Translations under genes and position numbers: made by a program
Part shown: positions 25,860 to 38,651 of the stretch, in pieces
Layout of the letters: every line of letters begins with the position of its first letter
Position numbering within the stretch: position 1 is the first letter of the stretch
The notes under the pieces: generated by a model
Told to the model about the DNA's origin: nothing
Seen by the model: the letters and a program-made list of their open reading frames with translations, nothing else
The model's database searches: none
NCBI GenBank assembly: GCA_965644295.1
Contig: CBFFRP010000141.1
Location: 1-64,000 of the forward strand
DNA length: 64,000 nucleotides
Origin: Paraphysomonas bandaiensis
Lineage: Eukaryota > Protista > Chrysophyceae
Direction of reading: 5' to 3'

Positions 25860-27544
25860 TAATATTTAATATGAATATGCATATGTAATGTATAAATGTA
25901 TAGCGCCAACATATTAAAAAATACTATGTATATTATTATAAAGGTTTAATAACTAGTGAAGGAGAGGCAGCTCATATAGGAAGCTGCATTAGTAGTAAGC
26001 CATACAGATACAGAGCACTTTGAATCAGGGCCTTGTAACCATCAATGGTAATGCCATTATAATTGCCTGGAATTGTGCTCCCATTAATGGCATCCACTGG
26101 TACTTGATATATGCTATAAAGTATAAAGAATTAAGTGTTTTTTAAAATATATACATCCCCTACTCTCCGAAGAAACTCTAAACAATGTTCACGCAACTTT
26201 GCAGCTATTTTGTGACATGCTAATACCTTCCATATGAAGGCTTGCCAGAAGACCCTGATGTGCCAGTGGAAGGCGAAAAGAATGATGCTGTGTAGTTACG
26301 ATTCGTAGTGTTATCTGTTACATAACTTTAATAGTAATTGAAGGGGCACCACACTATCTATTGTGAGTGATATTATCCAGTTAGGCATTAGTGCTTACCA
26401 GGCCCTGCTTTGATTAGTCTATCACTTTAAAATAGTACTTTGGTCAGCATGAAGTGTTGTATGTCTAAAATATCCTGTGCTCAAATATCTTTCATGCAGA
26501 ACAATTAGATTAGCTTTATGAGCTACCATTTCACTGACGAGCTTCATGTAAACTTTCAATTGATAGTTTTGCTGATAGATTTCAATAAAAGTAAGTATTA
26601 GTGATTGTATAGTTCTATGACTGTTCAGTGGCATAAATATCTAGTTCTTGAATAGGGTCCATTTCTTCTGTTACACAATAAACAGTCACGACAACCCCCT
26701 GTACTCTTTATCAAGGAAGGGGAAGTCTTGAATAGCCCGAAAAGAATCTTTCACGGAGGGAGAAGACACACGGGAAAGGTGTTAGTGAGGCCCTCACGTA
26801 ATCTGCATGTGTTCTGCCAGAGACGACGAGAGTGCATAGAATTGGTGCAAAATCTTACCGTTATGTGCGTTGCTTGTCAAACATTTCGGCGCTATTCGTG
26901 ATGTAGTATGGACTGAACTCAGTCTGCAAGAAGACTTCCGCGATCAACATGTCTCCACCCAAATGGAAATGTGGTTACAGTTTAATTAGCAGTTGATTCA
27001 AGGAGTTTTAATTTTTTATTGTTCAAAACTTCATCTATGCATATATGATATACTTGTATATGATGGCGGTTGTTTCTTGTATTGCTTAACTATAGTGTGC
27101 ATGGTCGTGTAATATAATGCACAGTGCGTATGGTGTGCATGTGGACAGTGCCAGCGAGGGGCGGGGTGGCTTCCTCACATCAAGAACTTTCTTCTCTCCG
27201 TCGGCGGTATTTTTCGAACTACGGACCGTATAGCTCTTTTTCTTGAACGTATACCCTTCAAGGTATACGGCGTGGAATACAAGAATAGAAAAGTAGTTAT
27301 ATGTGCTGTATATTTGAAAAATAGCTTCCCCAGCTGTACCATATACCATATACCAGTATACGTATAGGATGGTGCCGCATATATAAGATGGATAAGAAGT
27401 GAAGTGAAGTGAAGGCCACGGAGCATAACTGAAGAGGATCCTGTCATCCAATATACATGTATATGTATATGTAGCCCCCATCTCATCCCTACAGATACAT
27501 ACACACACATATACACATAGCTCTACCATATCCCTCCACAGAAC

Positions 27545-29859
27545 ATGGAGAGTGAGAGCATATCGGAGCACATCAGAGTGTACTGTCGACTTCGACCGGA
27601 GCTTCCGGAGGACCCCTCTTCCGGCTTCAGTGAAAGAGAGGGCGAGGGCGAGTTCTACCTGACAGGTGCCTGTAGCTGTAGGGGTAGTACATACTTATAT
27701 GTAGAGTATACATGTGTAGTCTGTTTACCACACATGTAGATGTCTGTCTGAGTGATAGCTGGGTCTCAGGTGGGGCCAGTGAAGGTGGGGCGGCTATCAC
27801 AGCATCCTCAGAGGATGGGGCGTGTACATACTTCTCATCCACATCCAAACGAGAGCATAAGTTTAAGGTGGATGGGTTCTTTGGGCCGGACACCTCGCAG
27901 AGTAAGGTACGCCTGCACGGATCTTGAATATATGATATATTTAGCTCATAGTTGTGTAGATTTATGACACTGCTGTGCGGCCTATTGTGGAGAGTGCACT
28001 GAGGGGATACTCCGGCACTGTGTTTGCATATGGTAAATCAGGGTTGGTAGTGGCATTATTCTAACCGATGGTGTAGGTCCTACTGGCAGTGGCAAAACGT
28101 ATACCATGATGGGAGAAGGTCTTGAAGTTAATAAAGGCATTGTTCCAAGGTAATTGACTGATACCGCAATATTTGGTTGTATTAACGCCAGGCTAGGGTC
28201 TTTGACCAACTGTTAGAGGCGTGTGTTGCCTCACGTGGCCTCGTGAGCATCACCATGTCTTATCTGCAAATATACTGCGAGACAGTGTCTGATCTGCTTG
28301 ATACAAGGACGAGCAACATGGCGGGAGCCCTCTCCATCCGCGAGAAGAATGGGACTGTATATGTGGAAAATCTAAGTGAGAGTGGAGTATCCTGCTACTC
28401 TGATGCGGCGGACCTTATCTCCCGGGGAAATGCGAATCGTGCAACAGCGGCAACCAATCGCAACGCCTCGTCATCTCGTAGTCACGCTGCAATACTAATA
28501 CGTGTGCGTACACCTGATTCACCTGATGGTAAGGCGCAAATAGATGGAAAGGCTGGCGCAAATGGAGAGGCAGTCAGGGAGAGTACACTTGTGCTGGTGG
28601 ATCTCGCTGGCAGCGAACGCGCTTCTGCTGTTGCGGGACGTTCTTACCTGCGTGCAGAGGAGAGCAAGAGTATTAACTTATCTCTGTCGGCTCTAGGAAA
28701 TTGTATAGCTGCTTTATCTTCTCAGGGAGCAGACAGAGCGAAACATGTACCTTACCGCGACTCAAAATTGACTCGCTTGCTGCAGGTAGAACTCATGCGT
28801 GAATTCATTGTTGACCCTTTAATATCGTTACCTTTGATAATACAGGGTAGTCTTGGAGGTGGTGCGCGGACAGCTGTAGTCGTTAATCTTCCCCCCGGCA
28901 ACGACTCTTCTGGCGAGGTGCTAAATGCTCTTCGGTTTGCGAGTCGTTGTGCCATGGTCACAGTTGTAGCCAAAGTTCACAGGGCGGTCGACTATGAGTC
29001 TCTGTTTGCGAAACTTCAACAGCGTTATGACGAACAAGAGCAACGAGAGCGTGATCAGCAGATGGATATCGAAAAGCAGTATGAGCAGATGGAGGCACAG
29101 GAAGCCACCATTGAGTCTCTCAGAGAGGAGGTAGCAGTGCTCAGAAGGCAGCTGAGTGCGGGAGTGGATGCTGAAAAAAACCGTTCTGATGAGACTAAAT
29201 GGGCAGAGCGACTTGATACAATTACCGCAGAGCACTTGAAGGAAATGACGGAGGCCCGACAGCGCAATGAGCAGCGAGTAGCGGCTTACAAACGATCTGC
29301 TGCAGACGCAGCACAGGAGATTTCATCCCTTCAGCGGGAGCTGCAGAATGAACGGGAGAGGCATTTAGAGGCAGTTAAGGATGTCAATCTGGTAAACGAA
29401 CGCTGTGCAGAATCGGAAAGGGGTTTCGAGGTGCGTATTCAAGAGCTTCTTGAGGAAAAAGAGGATCGGTCCCGGCGAATTCAGGAGTTGGAGCAAAGTG
29501 TGTCTGACCTGAAGACACAGGTGTCTGAGAAGAACGAAGTCATCAGCTTCTTGGAGCTAAAGCTTCAGTCAATGGCTAGCGGAGAGGGTGGTGACATGGT
29601 TTCTCGGGCACAGGTGGAGGAAATGGAAGCAATTTTTGAGGATACAATAAACCGCCTAGCTGACCGTGTTCTTCAACTAGAGTCGGGGAAAAGTACAGCT
29701 GGTGCGAATATGGGAGGGAGGGGAGGGGACGGGGGACTTCCAGCAGTTCCTCCAAGAGGTGGGGGAAATGCAAGAATAGAGCCGGGTAAGATACGGGCAG
29801 GAGGGGGAGGTATGCAGGTGCAGCAAGGACACAATACAAGGGCGAGGGGAAGGTTTTAA
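27545..29859 (+). CDS. Kinesin with N-terminal motor and coiled-coil tail; multi-exon (about 5 short introns)
   Basis: IRVYCRLRP; spliced P-loop FAYG|PTGSGKTYTM; switch I NASSSRSH; LVDLAGSER; HVPYRDSKLTRLLQ. Long coiled coil and Gly-rich tail. Confidence 0.92.
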
Positions 29860-30199
29860 TTTAGGTGATATGGCGTGTTTGCGATGAGCGTTGCATGCAG
29901 TTGATAATTATACCAGTGATATCTTAAATTTACTTCTCGCATACTTGAGAGGGTACAGGTATTCGATAGGGTAGATGAAATGTGAAATGTATGCCTTAGA
30001 TGAAAGCACTTGTCACGAAAGATTTCCAAGTTGTGTGTATGATATTTTTTGTGGTATATAATATGTAACATCATATAACGTATTGTTCAAGTTCGAGACA
30101 TCAGTGGTGAGTTTTTGACGCCACAACTGGTTACGGTATTTACGGTGACATCAAAAGCATCATTACGTAATGCTTGCTGGTGCCTTTTTTAATCGTATA

Positions 30200-30850
30200 G
30201 GGCCAGCAGGCCAGTCATTTCCCATCTAACACGTGCAAGAACGCTACGATGTGAATGTGCCCGCACCAAGACGCCCACGCCATGACATTTGTGACGTGCT
30301 TCGTTCCATTGGAGCACAGGAACATCATGTAAGTTCCCGTTCATCGCCGCCCCGCTTATGGCGTTGGTGGTGCATCCCTCTGTTCTGTTGGAGTGCAGGA
30401 ACTTCACCACCTCCAAGTGTCCGTTTTACGGCCATGTCTATGGCGTTTTGGTGGTGCACCCCTTCGATGGAGATGCAGGAATTGCACCACGTCCAAGTGA
30501 CCATTCTACGCCGCTCCGTGCATGGCGTAAGTGGTGCATCCTCTCTTTGCGATGGACATGCAGGAATCGCACGATGTCGAGATGTCCATTCTTGATTGCT
30601 CTGTTCATTGCTTCGGCGGTGCACCCCTCTGTTCGACTGGAGAGTGCAGAAATTGCACGATATTCAAGTGGCCGTTCTCCGACGCCCAGTCCATTGCACA
30701 AGAGGCGAAACTCAGAGACGGCGCGTTGCAAAGGCGAACTTATTACCTGCCGCCGCGAATCGATCGCCGTCGCAAAGGTCGATCCAGCGACAAGCCTACC
30801 TGTAGCATGGCGATTGCGGATCGCACCGAGTTATTGGTGCAGTAACTCGT
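30200..30850 (-). pseudogene. Frameshifted ankyrin-repeat fragment (RTEGCT-type)
   Basis: RTEGCTAEAMNRAIKNGHLDIVRFLH and EVVKFLHSNRTEGCTTNAISGAAMNGNL are split over several frames. Confidence 0.75.
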
Positions 30851-30919
30851 TGTCATGCATGAGAGTGAGTGCTCAACGCAATTGAGCGCGCATTCAGAAA
30901 ATAAATATCCATCTTGGAC

Positions 30920-31577
30920 ACACTTTGCCTTTTTCCTTTGCCGCGACTACAATCTGGCTATTACGCCCGGAGAATTAGTTGGGCTTTGTGGTCCCTCTGG
31001 ACGTGGAAAATCAACTATTATCAATTTGGTTATCCGCTTTTATGATTTGAAGCAAGGTCAGGTGTTGCTGGACGGCTTGGATATCAAACGGTCGCAAATC
31101 GGATATATCGGCCAAGAATCTGTGTTGTGTGCAGGAAGCATTTTCGACAATATTTCGTATGGCCTTAACTTGACTTCTGAGGAATTGACTACTGGGCGCG
31201 CCGCTAGTATGGAGCGAGCGATTGCTGCAGCTCAACAAGCGAATGCACATGAATTCATCTCGTCTTTCCCTGATGTGGGCTCGAATGACTTATCTTTGAG
31301 CGGAGGTCAGAAACAGCGCATTGCTATTGCTCGTGCTTTGGTGAAGCGTCCTGCTATTTTACTATCGGATGTGAGCGATTGGTGCAGAAGAGCAATAATG
31401 TGCACGCTGCGTCTCGTGCTCACACTACTCTTGTGACTTGTGATTGCACATCGCCTGACAACTATTCGTAATGCTGACAAGGTTGTGGTAGTTAAGCAAG
31501 GAGAGGTTGTGGAAAAGGAAACACGATGAATTGCTGCAGCTAAAAATGTTTATGCTGAGCTATGGCGCAAACAATAA
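30920..31577 (+). pseudogene. ABCB/MDR-type nucleotide-binding-domain fragment
   Basis: Walker A GPSGRGKST, RFYD and signature LSGGQKQRIAIARAL are present. The DEATSALD segment is missing, IAHRLTTIRNAD is in another frame, and there is no membrane domain upstream. Confidence 0.78.
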
Positions 31578-31830
31578 GGCGGAGGAGAACAGTAAATAGA
31601 TGTAGAAATGTATACTCGTAGCTAGTAGCGCTACTTATGCATGCAGATAGAAGTTTTGCAGAAAATCATTTGTACTATGAAAACAAGCACCAACCTCAAT
31701 TCCTCGTAATTTACTGCACTGCTACTTGAAAGTGAAAGCTGCTAGAGAAACATATATGTTTGGTTTGTTTTAGCTTGCTGTGCTATATATAAAGTGTATT
31801 GACGATTTTTCTAAAATACAATGATTCTTC

Positions 31831-33867
31831 TTATACCATTAGTCTTTTCAATTCTGTCATCAATCTATTAAATGTAACCTTCGACACCTTCTTAAGCAAA
31901 CTCTTTATTTCTTCTGAATCATCGTTATCACAATCTCGGAGTTGATTAGCTTTGAATATACCAAGTTTATCCAATAACGCCTTCATGGAGTCTTTGTTAC
32001 CACATGCGTCACCGTGCAGCATCTCCCAAACTTGTGATTCAAGTGCTAATATGTCGTCATTGACATGTGATTTCGTCCCAACGTCAGCGGTAGCATAAGC
32101 CGTAGTGATGGACAAGTTGGACAATGTCTCGCTTAATGGATCAGCACTTTTTCGAAAATCTATAATATCGCGCTTAATCTCATTGCCGTCGTAATGATAA
32201 ACTTCGATTGGTGCTGCTTTGTCAGGTTTCGGAATGTGAGCATGAACTATACTTACATCTGCATCACTGGCTATAAACCACCAATTGGGCTTCTTGTCAG
32301 GAATTACCGATATAAAATTAACTATCACGATTTTCGCGAGCTTCAGGGCACTCTTGTATTGAATAGATTGATCTTCGTAGTGGGCTTTAAGATCACGTTC
32401 AGTTGCATCTGCCACAAGTTCATATCCATATCTACTCCCGTTATTGGCAACAAATATATCTAATCGCTTTTGAGATCCAATGGTGGCATTTCGCGCCTCG
32501 CAGGTAACGCGCCAATTAATACAGTGCGCCATTTGCTGCAGAATGCCATAAAGTTGAAAATGATAGGCGAATTCGAAAGGAGTTCGATTTTTCTTCAAAC
32601 TTGTCTCGTGGAACAAAGATTTTCTGTCAAAGTACTGAATTCCTTGAAATAAACAGCGCAGCATATCCAAATCGCACGTGGTAGGACTCTTGAATGCTAG
32701 AGTCGTTCCTGCAGGAAGAGAACGCATGGTATCAGCAAACCTAGAGTATAGCGCTAGTCGTAATAGTGGCGCCGCAAATCGAATGATTGGCTCATTATTG
32801 ACCATCTCTCGAACGATGACACCCTCCGTCTCCATATAGTCAACAGCCTTACGATGATTGTCGTTGTACGCATCCGCAAGATAATCCGCACTCAACAGAC
32901 TCCTTGTTATCGCAAGAACAGTGCTTAATTCCACACCATTTCGCTCGCGCATCAAACTGGCTTCGATGCATTTGAAAACAGAAGAGGTCACAATTTCGCC
33001 AAACACAGCAGCGCCGCATACGTAGGCAACCCACCTTCCAATTGTTATGTTTTCAATTCCAGTGCGCTGGATCCATTCGTGAAAAAGTTTGCACAGGAGT
33101 GATGTTAGCCCAGCGTGACCTTGAGTGCGGCCATATATATCAGCTGCATAATGATAAATGTCCACCCCGATGTCATTGCCGTACTCATTCAGCATTGCAT
33201 GCACCTCTTCGAAGGACCCCTGACGAAGGCGAACGCAGAGCGACACATTGAACGGTGATGCAGCAGTATCAATATCGTCATTGACTCCTGTTAACCTAGT
33301 TATGTGAAACACGCCTATACCCAAAACAGCAGATATTGCGTAAGGTGGCGATACTTTCGAAATTGCATTAGTGGTTTGGACCGTACGAAGAATGCGGAGA
33401 ATGTCGGTTCGCCACTTTGCATCGTAATTCAAGATGACATCAAGCTCATCGAGCAGCAGCATAACTTTTCCGTCAAAATTTGCGCTCCTAAAGACATCCA
33501 AAAAATCTTCTCCACTCGCAAACTGTTGTATGGGCTCATACACAGCTTTCATTCTGCTGTAGAGCGAAGGCCAGAAGTTTGCTTCCTTAACGCCTTCCAA
33601 TGACACACATATTGGAAGGACATTATTCTCATGTTGCGTCAATCCGTGAATAATGAGACTTAGCAAGCTCGATTTGCCAGCTTGGCGATGAGCATGCAAA
33701 AGAATGTATGAATCTGAGCTGAGTTCAGCAACAATCTCATTCACAGTGTTGCTTCGGTCTATAAAATAACTACGCGCCCAATTGAGTGGCCCGCCACAGT
33801 AGAATTCCTTTTTTCTCCTTGTTGAGTGGTGGTATAGACGCAAGGGGCGCCACTCTGGCTTCATCAT
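31831..33867 (-). CDS. Intronless P-loop NTPase + PD-(D/E)xK-like nuclease protein (Crinkler-related NTPase-REase architecture), 678 aa
   Basis: FYCGGP N-terminal motif, Walker A AHRQAGKSS, Walker B LLLDELD, SPFNV, TQGHAGL and RFAAPL. Nuclease-like EFAYHFQLY..EAR..KRLDIF..YGYELVA. Small helical C-terminal domain. Confidence 0.7.
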   Translation of the reverse strand: MMKPEWRPLRLYHHSTRRKKEFYCGGPLNWARSYFIDRSNTVNEIVAELSSDSYILLHAHRQAGKSSLLSLIIHGLTQHENNVLPICVSLEGVKEANFWPSLYSRMKAVYEPIQQFASGEDFLDVFRSANFDGKVMLLLDELDVILNYDAKWRTDILRILRTVQTTNAISKVSPPYAISAVLGIGVFHITRLTGVNDDIDTAASPFNVSLCVRLRQGSFEEVHAMLNEYGNDIGVDIYHYAADIYGRTQGHAGLTSLLCKLFHEWIQRTGIENITIGRWVAYVCGAAVFGEIVTSSVFKCIEASLMRERNGVELSTVLAITRSLLSADYLADAYNDNHRKAVDYMETEGVIVREMVNNEPIIRFAAPLLRLALYSRFADTMRSLPAGTTLAFKSPTTCDLDMLRCLFQGIQYFDRKSLFHETSLKKNRTPFEFAYHFQLYGILQQMAHCINWRVTCEARNATIGSQKRLDIFVANNGSRYGYELVADATERDLKAHYEDQSIQYKSALKLAKIVIVNFISVIPDKKPNWWFIASDADVSIVHAHIPKPDKAAPIEVYHYDGNEIKRDIIDFRKSADPLSETLSNLSITTAYATADVGTKSHVNDDILALESQVWEMLHGDACGNKDSMKALLDKLGIFKANQLRDCDNDDSEEIKSLLKKVSKVTFNRLMTELKRLMV

Positions 33868-35067
33868 TCTTTTGTGGATTCGTTTCTTTCAACGCTGCTG
33901 TGCCTTCCATTGTCGCAAGGGAAGCCTCTCATAGAACTTCAGATTCTTATCTGAAGAAGTAAACTATTAGTCGCTTATCGTGCGAAAGCCTCGTCTCGTG
34001 GTGTTGATAGACAATACAATGCCATGTTAACGGTCCCTCTACAGCCAGCTCAATGATTGTACCATAGACATCTACTGTATACACAGGGACTATTTCTCAT
34101 ACCGAGAATTTTTACCATCGTATCGGCACTCAGCCCCTCCCTCTGCGCAACACAATTGAGCCAAAAATACTCGACATTACTGAAAATTTTTATTTTGACT
34201 GTTCAAGATAGGTGTGTCACTATGTCTGACACTCTGTTCTTTCTCTTCTGCCCAATTTTGCGTGTCTCCACACAGTCAAGTATTTCACGGGAGTGAATTC
34301 CCATCATATCCCGAGCAACTTGGTCTTCAGGTGAATCCTCTTCTCCTTGAAGTAGATATACCTTCTGTTGCAAGATGTCAACGCGAGCTTGCAAATACTT
34401 GCAATCGTTCTGTGCCTTCTCCAATTTCTTGCTCTCTCTTGCTCTCTCTCTTGTAACGCTTTAACTGTTTATATAAATAATCTCTATCAAGCTTCTTTCT
34501 TCCAGGGCCTTGATGAGGCTCACTACCTGAACAAAATTCGCAAGTCATCCTATTTTGGTGCAATGGTAATGAGATATTTGAAGTTGTGAATGCCTTTCAA
34601 ATTGACAAGACTTTTTCAAACTTTGAAATTTCAAAAAAAGCCGCATCTTGAACAGGCATGCACAAATTCAAATTCCAAGTCTGCTGGTTCCCACCGATAG
34701 CCTAATCATGAATACTATGTAATGGAATAATATCAAGTTGATATTATATGATATTGCTTGTTATGGTTGTACTGAGAGCTGGAGCTGACTCACACTTGAA
34801 CTGCTGCTGATGCATGAGATATGGGTCCTGTACTTTATATAGAATACTACAACTACGGCTGGAATACAGATAATAGTTGACTCAATATTTGAGACATTCG
34901 TGAACAAAAAAATGCAAAGAATGCCGATACGATTAAAAACCCAGTTTTTGTGAAAAAAAGATATTTTGCGTAAAACTCAGTTTTTGGATTATATTGAGGG
35001 TCGTGGAGGCGTCATCATGCCATCATGTAATGGAGGAAAATGCCAAGGAGGACAGTAAAGTTAGTGG

Positions 35068-37767
35068 ATGTTGCCTTATGAGTGTGTTCCTGGGAGGAAA
35101 GGTGCCCGAGTTATCCTGGTTGAGAGGAAATGGGGGTGCAAGGCGTATGTATTAGTCCCGAAGGCCGATAGACGGAAAGACTGGGAGGAAAAGGCACAAA
35201 CAGGATATTTTGTGGGTTTCCCAGATGAGCAGATGGGGTATCAAGTGTTGATAGGAGATACAATAGTCACGTCTGTTCATGTCCTGTTTGATGTATCAGT
35301 ACCCGAGAGATCGGCTGATTACTACCGAGAAATGGACTAAGCCACGGTGGCAGTGGTTCCTCAGGGAGGAGTGTTATCGACAAAACCCATGTGAAGATGG
35401 CGGCCAACTGTACAACAAGACCACGCGAATATAGATTCGGAAAGAGGTCTAACTGTGGGATATAGATCCCTGATGTCAGGTGGTGAGGAGCAACTGGAAG
35501 TTAAGACTCCTATTCACATCATCGCGGATGAGTGAAGACCTTGTGACAAGAGTATCTGCTAGTTCTGGATCTCGTGACGACGGGACCAGCGGACATTTAT
35601 TACAGCAGTTGACTGGGACGGTTCCATCCCCTTCTGACTTCGTAAGTGCTCCGGGAGAGGAAGCTCCATCAGATCGCTCAACTAGGGGCAGGCGCACAAG
35701 GGCTCCAAGGGTGGTGACGAATGTGTCAGTAGTAGGTGAGAAGCACGTATTACCTTCGTGTGACGAAGTGGAGTGCAGCCTACTAGAGGAGGCAGATTCC
35801 ATCTGGTGCACGTCAGCGGGACCTAAGGTGCCTCAGACATATATGCCGAATCCTTGGAGTTGCCGGAACGGAAGCAATGGAGTTCAGCCAGGCTGAATAT
35901 GACGAACTGGAATGAAGGGAAGTAATGGAAGTTAAGCCCATACCTACCCCAATGTCACTCCATTGACAGCAAGACAGGCTGAGCGTGACAGACTGGAACG
36001 AAGGGAAGTAATGGAAGTTAAGCCCATCCCTACCCCAGTGTCACTGCAATTTGAATCCTGAGTATGTCTTTGCTTTGAAACGCAACAAGGAGGGTGCGAT
36101 TCAACGATAGAAAGCAAGACTTGTGGTACTTGGATGCGGAGGCCATGAGGTTGGTAGAGCCAACAATTATACTCCAGTGGTAAAAGCGGTAACAGTAAGA
36201 TTGCTATTAGCTATCGCGTTTGTTATGAATATGGTGGTGCATCAACTCGACGTATTCTTGTATATGCAGATATAAAAGGAGATGTGTGTATAAGTATGCA
36301 ACACCAGATTTCAAATTGCCACCAGGATATTGCTTTAAACTGAAGAAAGTTTATATGGTCTTCGAAGCTCACCACGGTCATGATGATAATATGCTGAGAG
36401 CATGTCGAGATACGAATATTATTTTGGAAATTAAGCGACGAGTATGTGAAAGGTTCGATATTACAGATATGAATGAGATTGGCAAGTTTTTTGAATGTGA
36501 GAGTGACAAGAACTCCGAATTGTCTCAAACTTGACCAGACAGTGTTCATCAAAAAGATATTGGTGAAGTATGTGGATTTTTTGGGTTCAAGGGACAAGAC
36601 TCGGCGATTCCCACTACCTAGTGATGTCATGGATAGGATCAAAGTGGGAGTGGAACATGTGCATTCGACTGAAGAGCAGGAATTAGTTGACAATTTTCCC
36701 TATCGTCCACTAATAGGAGCGTTACTCTATTTATCTATGAATACAAGGCCGGAGCAGTGGGAGTATTGTTACGATTCTTAACGAAAGTTAATATCACTGT
36801 ATGTAAGCTCATGATGTATTTAATGCAGTATGTACGAGGTACTACAGATAAAGGCATTCATTATAGAGGGAGAGATTTTGATCTTCATATGTTCACTGAT
36901 GCTGACTGGGCAGGCGATCCGTTGACGAGGAGGTCGACTTCAGGATATAATATGTTTGGAGCTGGTGGACACTATCGTGGGGTTCTAAACTTCAGTCTAC
37001 TGTAGCTACATCGACTATGAAAGCAGAGTATCAATGCTTATATAACGGATTACAGGAAATGATATGGTCTCGGGGGGTGACTAGAGAAGTAGGGTTGAAA
37101 ATTGACGAGCCCACACCATTATTCCTGGATAGTCAAAGTGCTCAGGATATATCGGAAAATCCAGTGCAACATCAACGATCGAAACATATTGAGATTAAGT
37201 ATCATATGATTAGAGAGCATGTGGATCCCGAACAGTTTAATACAGTGAAATTAATTCATGTGAGCAGTCGACAACAGATTGCTGATATTTATACCAAGGA
37301 TTTGTGTGGTCCAATATTCATTGAACAGAGGGAGCGAAATCTTGGGGAAAATTTAAGACTACTGAACAAATTATCGCAGAGGTACCCAAGGTAAAGAGAG
37401 CTCGTCGTAGCTAGTTAGGTGTGAATGAATGGTGGGAGCTAGCTATACCAGCGGAGTCATACGTCCACCAGTGTCCTATGAGGTTCGGTGGTTGCGTATC
37501 CGATAGCAATGTTCTTCACAAATTTTAGAATGGTTAACTACATCCAATTGAGTGGGAGTGTTGAGTTCTGCAATATGATGTGATATATATTGTGCAATTG
37601 AAGTGAGTTAACAGTGTGCAATAGGTAAAGTCAACTCATAGGTGTAACGGGTGATTATAGTTACAAAGGAATTAAATTCAGTTACTGATGTATGACTATA
37701 CAAGATATAGAACTGACTGATGAACATATGATAAACAGATGTTGCTATAAGAACAGATGTTTCAACA
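35068..37767 (+). mobile_element. Ty1/Copia LTR retrotransposon relic (partial pol, polypurine tract, 3' LTR)
   Basis: WGCKAYV..TGYFVG (integrase tail), KARLV, YRPLIGALLYLSMNTRP (RT end), and FTDADWAGD..RRSTSGY plus HQRSKHIEIKYH (RNase H). Many stops and frameshifts. No 5' LTR found. Confidence 0.9.
37559..37767 (+). repeat. Putative 3' LTR (209 bp)
   Basis: Begins TGTTGA directly after the purine tract gagtgggag and ends TCAACA, giving 6-bp inverted TG...CA termini. Confidence 0.7.
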
Positions 37768-38412
37768 TATGTTACACGAATATGTAGTGAAGTGTTCAGA
37801 ATAATAATTATAATTTCTTACTTGAAAGTGCATTGTGTTCAACAGCAAGGTTAAGGTTTACGCGTAGAGCAAAGTTAACTTCAGTGAAATGTCCATTGTT
37901 AACAAGCACAGCTAAACATATTATATCAGTGTTGCGCAAAAGTATCCATCCTACTTATTATGCTGTTGTTTCTGAAAGCTACTCGACAGTTATGGCCGGA
38001 TACTATCATATTTCAATTAATTCTGTGTATGAATATGGTGATGTTGACGTCACCGATGATGGCTCAGAGGATGAGGACGAGGTGGATTTTTAGTAGCTAT
38101 AAGCAGCAGTTGGTTTGGTTGTCATATGATCTTAATGACTAATACTAAAAATGAAATCTACGGATGTGTTTACCTACTGATTAGTCATACTAATATATTG
38201 CAATACATTGACAATATATTGCAATATATTGTAATTGTATTGTAAGTCCGGTTTAAAAAATTCATCAATACTATTGATGGAACGCTATCTAACAATAGTA
38301 TTGCAATAATTGTTCCCTATCCCTGATGTCAACTACAGCAGGCGTAGCAATAGTATTGAAAAGGATTACAACCATCATAATGTCGATAACGTGTCATTAG
38401 CACTGTAAATCG

Positions 38413-38508
38413 CAGGGCTGCGTAACAATTAATTGTCAATTATTGAAATTGAAATAATTAAAATGAGGACAACTAATCATTATTTCAATTTCAATTGACC
38501 CCAGCTTG
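38413..38508. repeat. Short palindromic MITE-like repeat with CAGGG (hAT-like) terminus
   Basis: cagggctgcgtaacaattaattg recurs at 55701 and, with variants, at 55618. Internal inverted repeat attgaaattgaaataat / attatttcaatttcaat. Confidence 0.5.
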
Positions 38509-38651
38509 CTTCAATTAATTGCTACAAAAGAATGCCTCTGCTCCCTTGCATATAAATAATGATGTAGTACTATTGTAGTGTAGACGAACTTGATTTTAAC
38601 AACAATATATTACTTCAAATAACTTTTCAACGGACGTAGTGTCATTAAAAA

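Noticed and set aside
34200-34590. Short coiled-coil ORFs upstream of the NTPase-nuclease gene as additional exons
   Set aside because: No clear splice path to 33867 and no recognisable domain.
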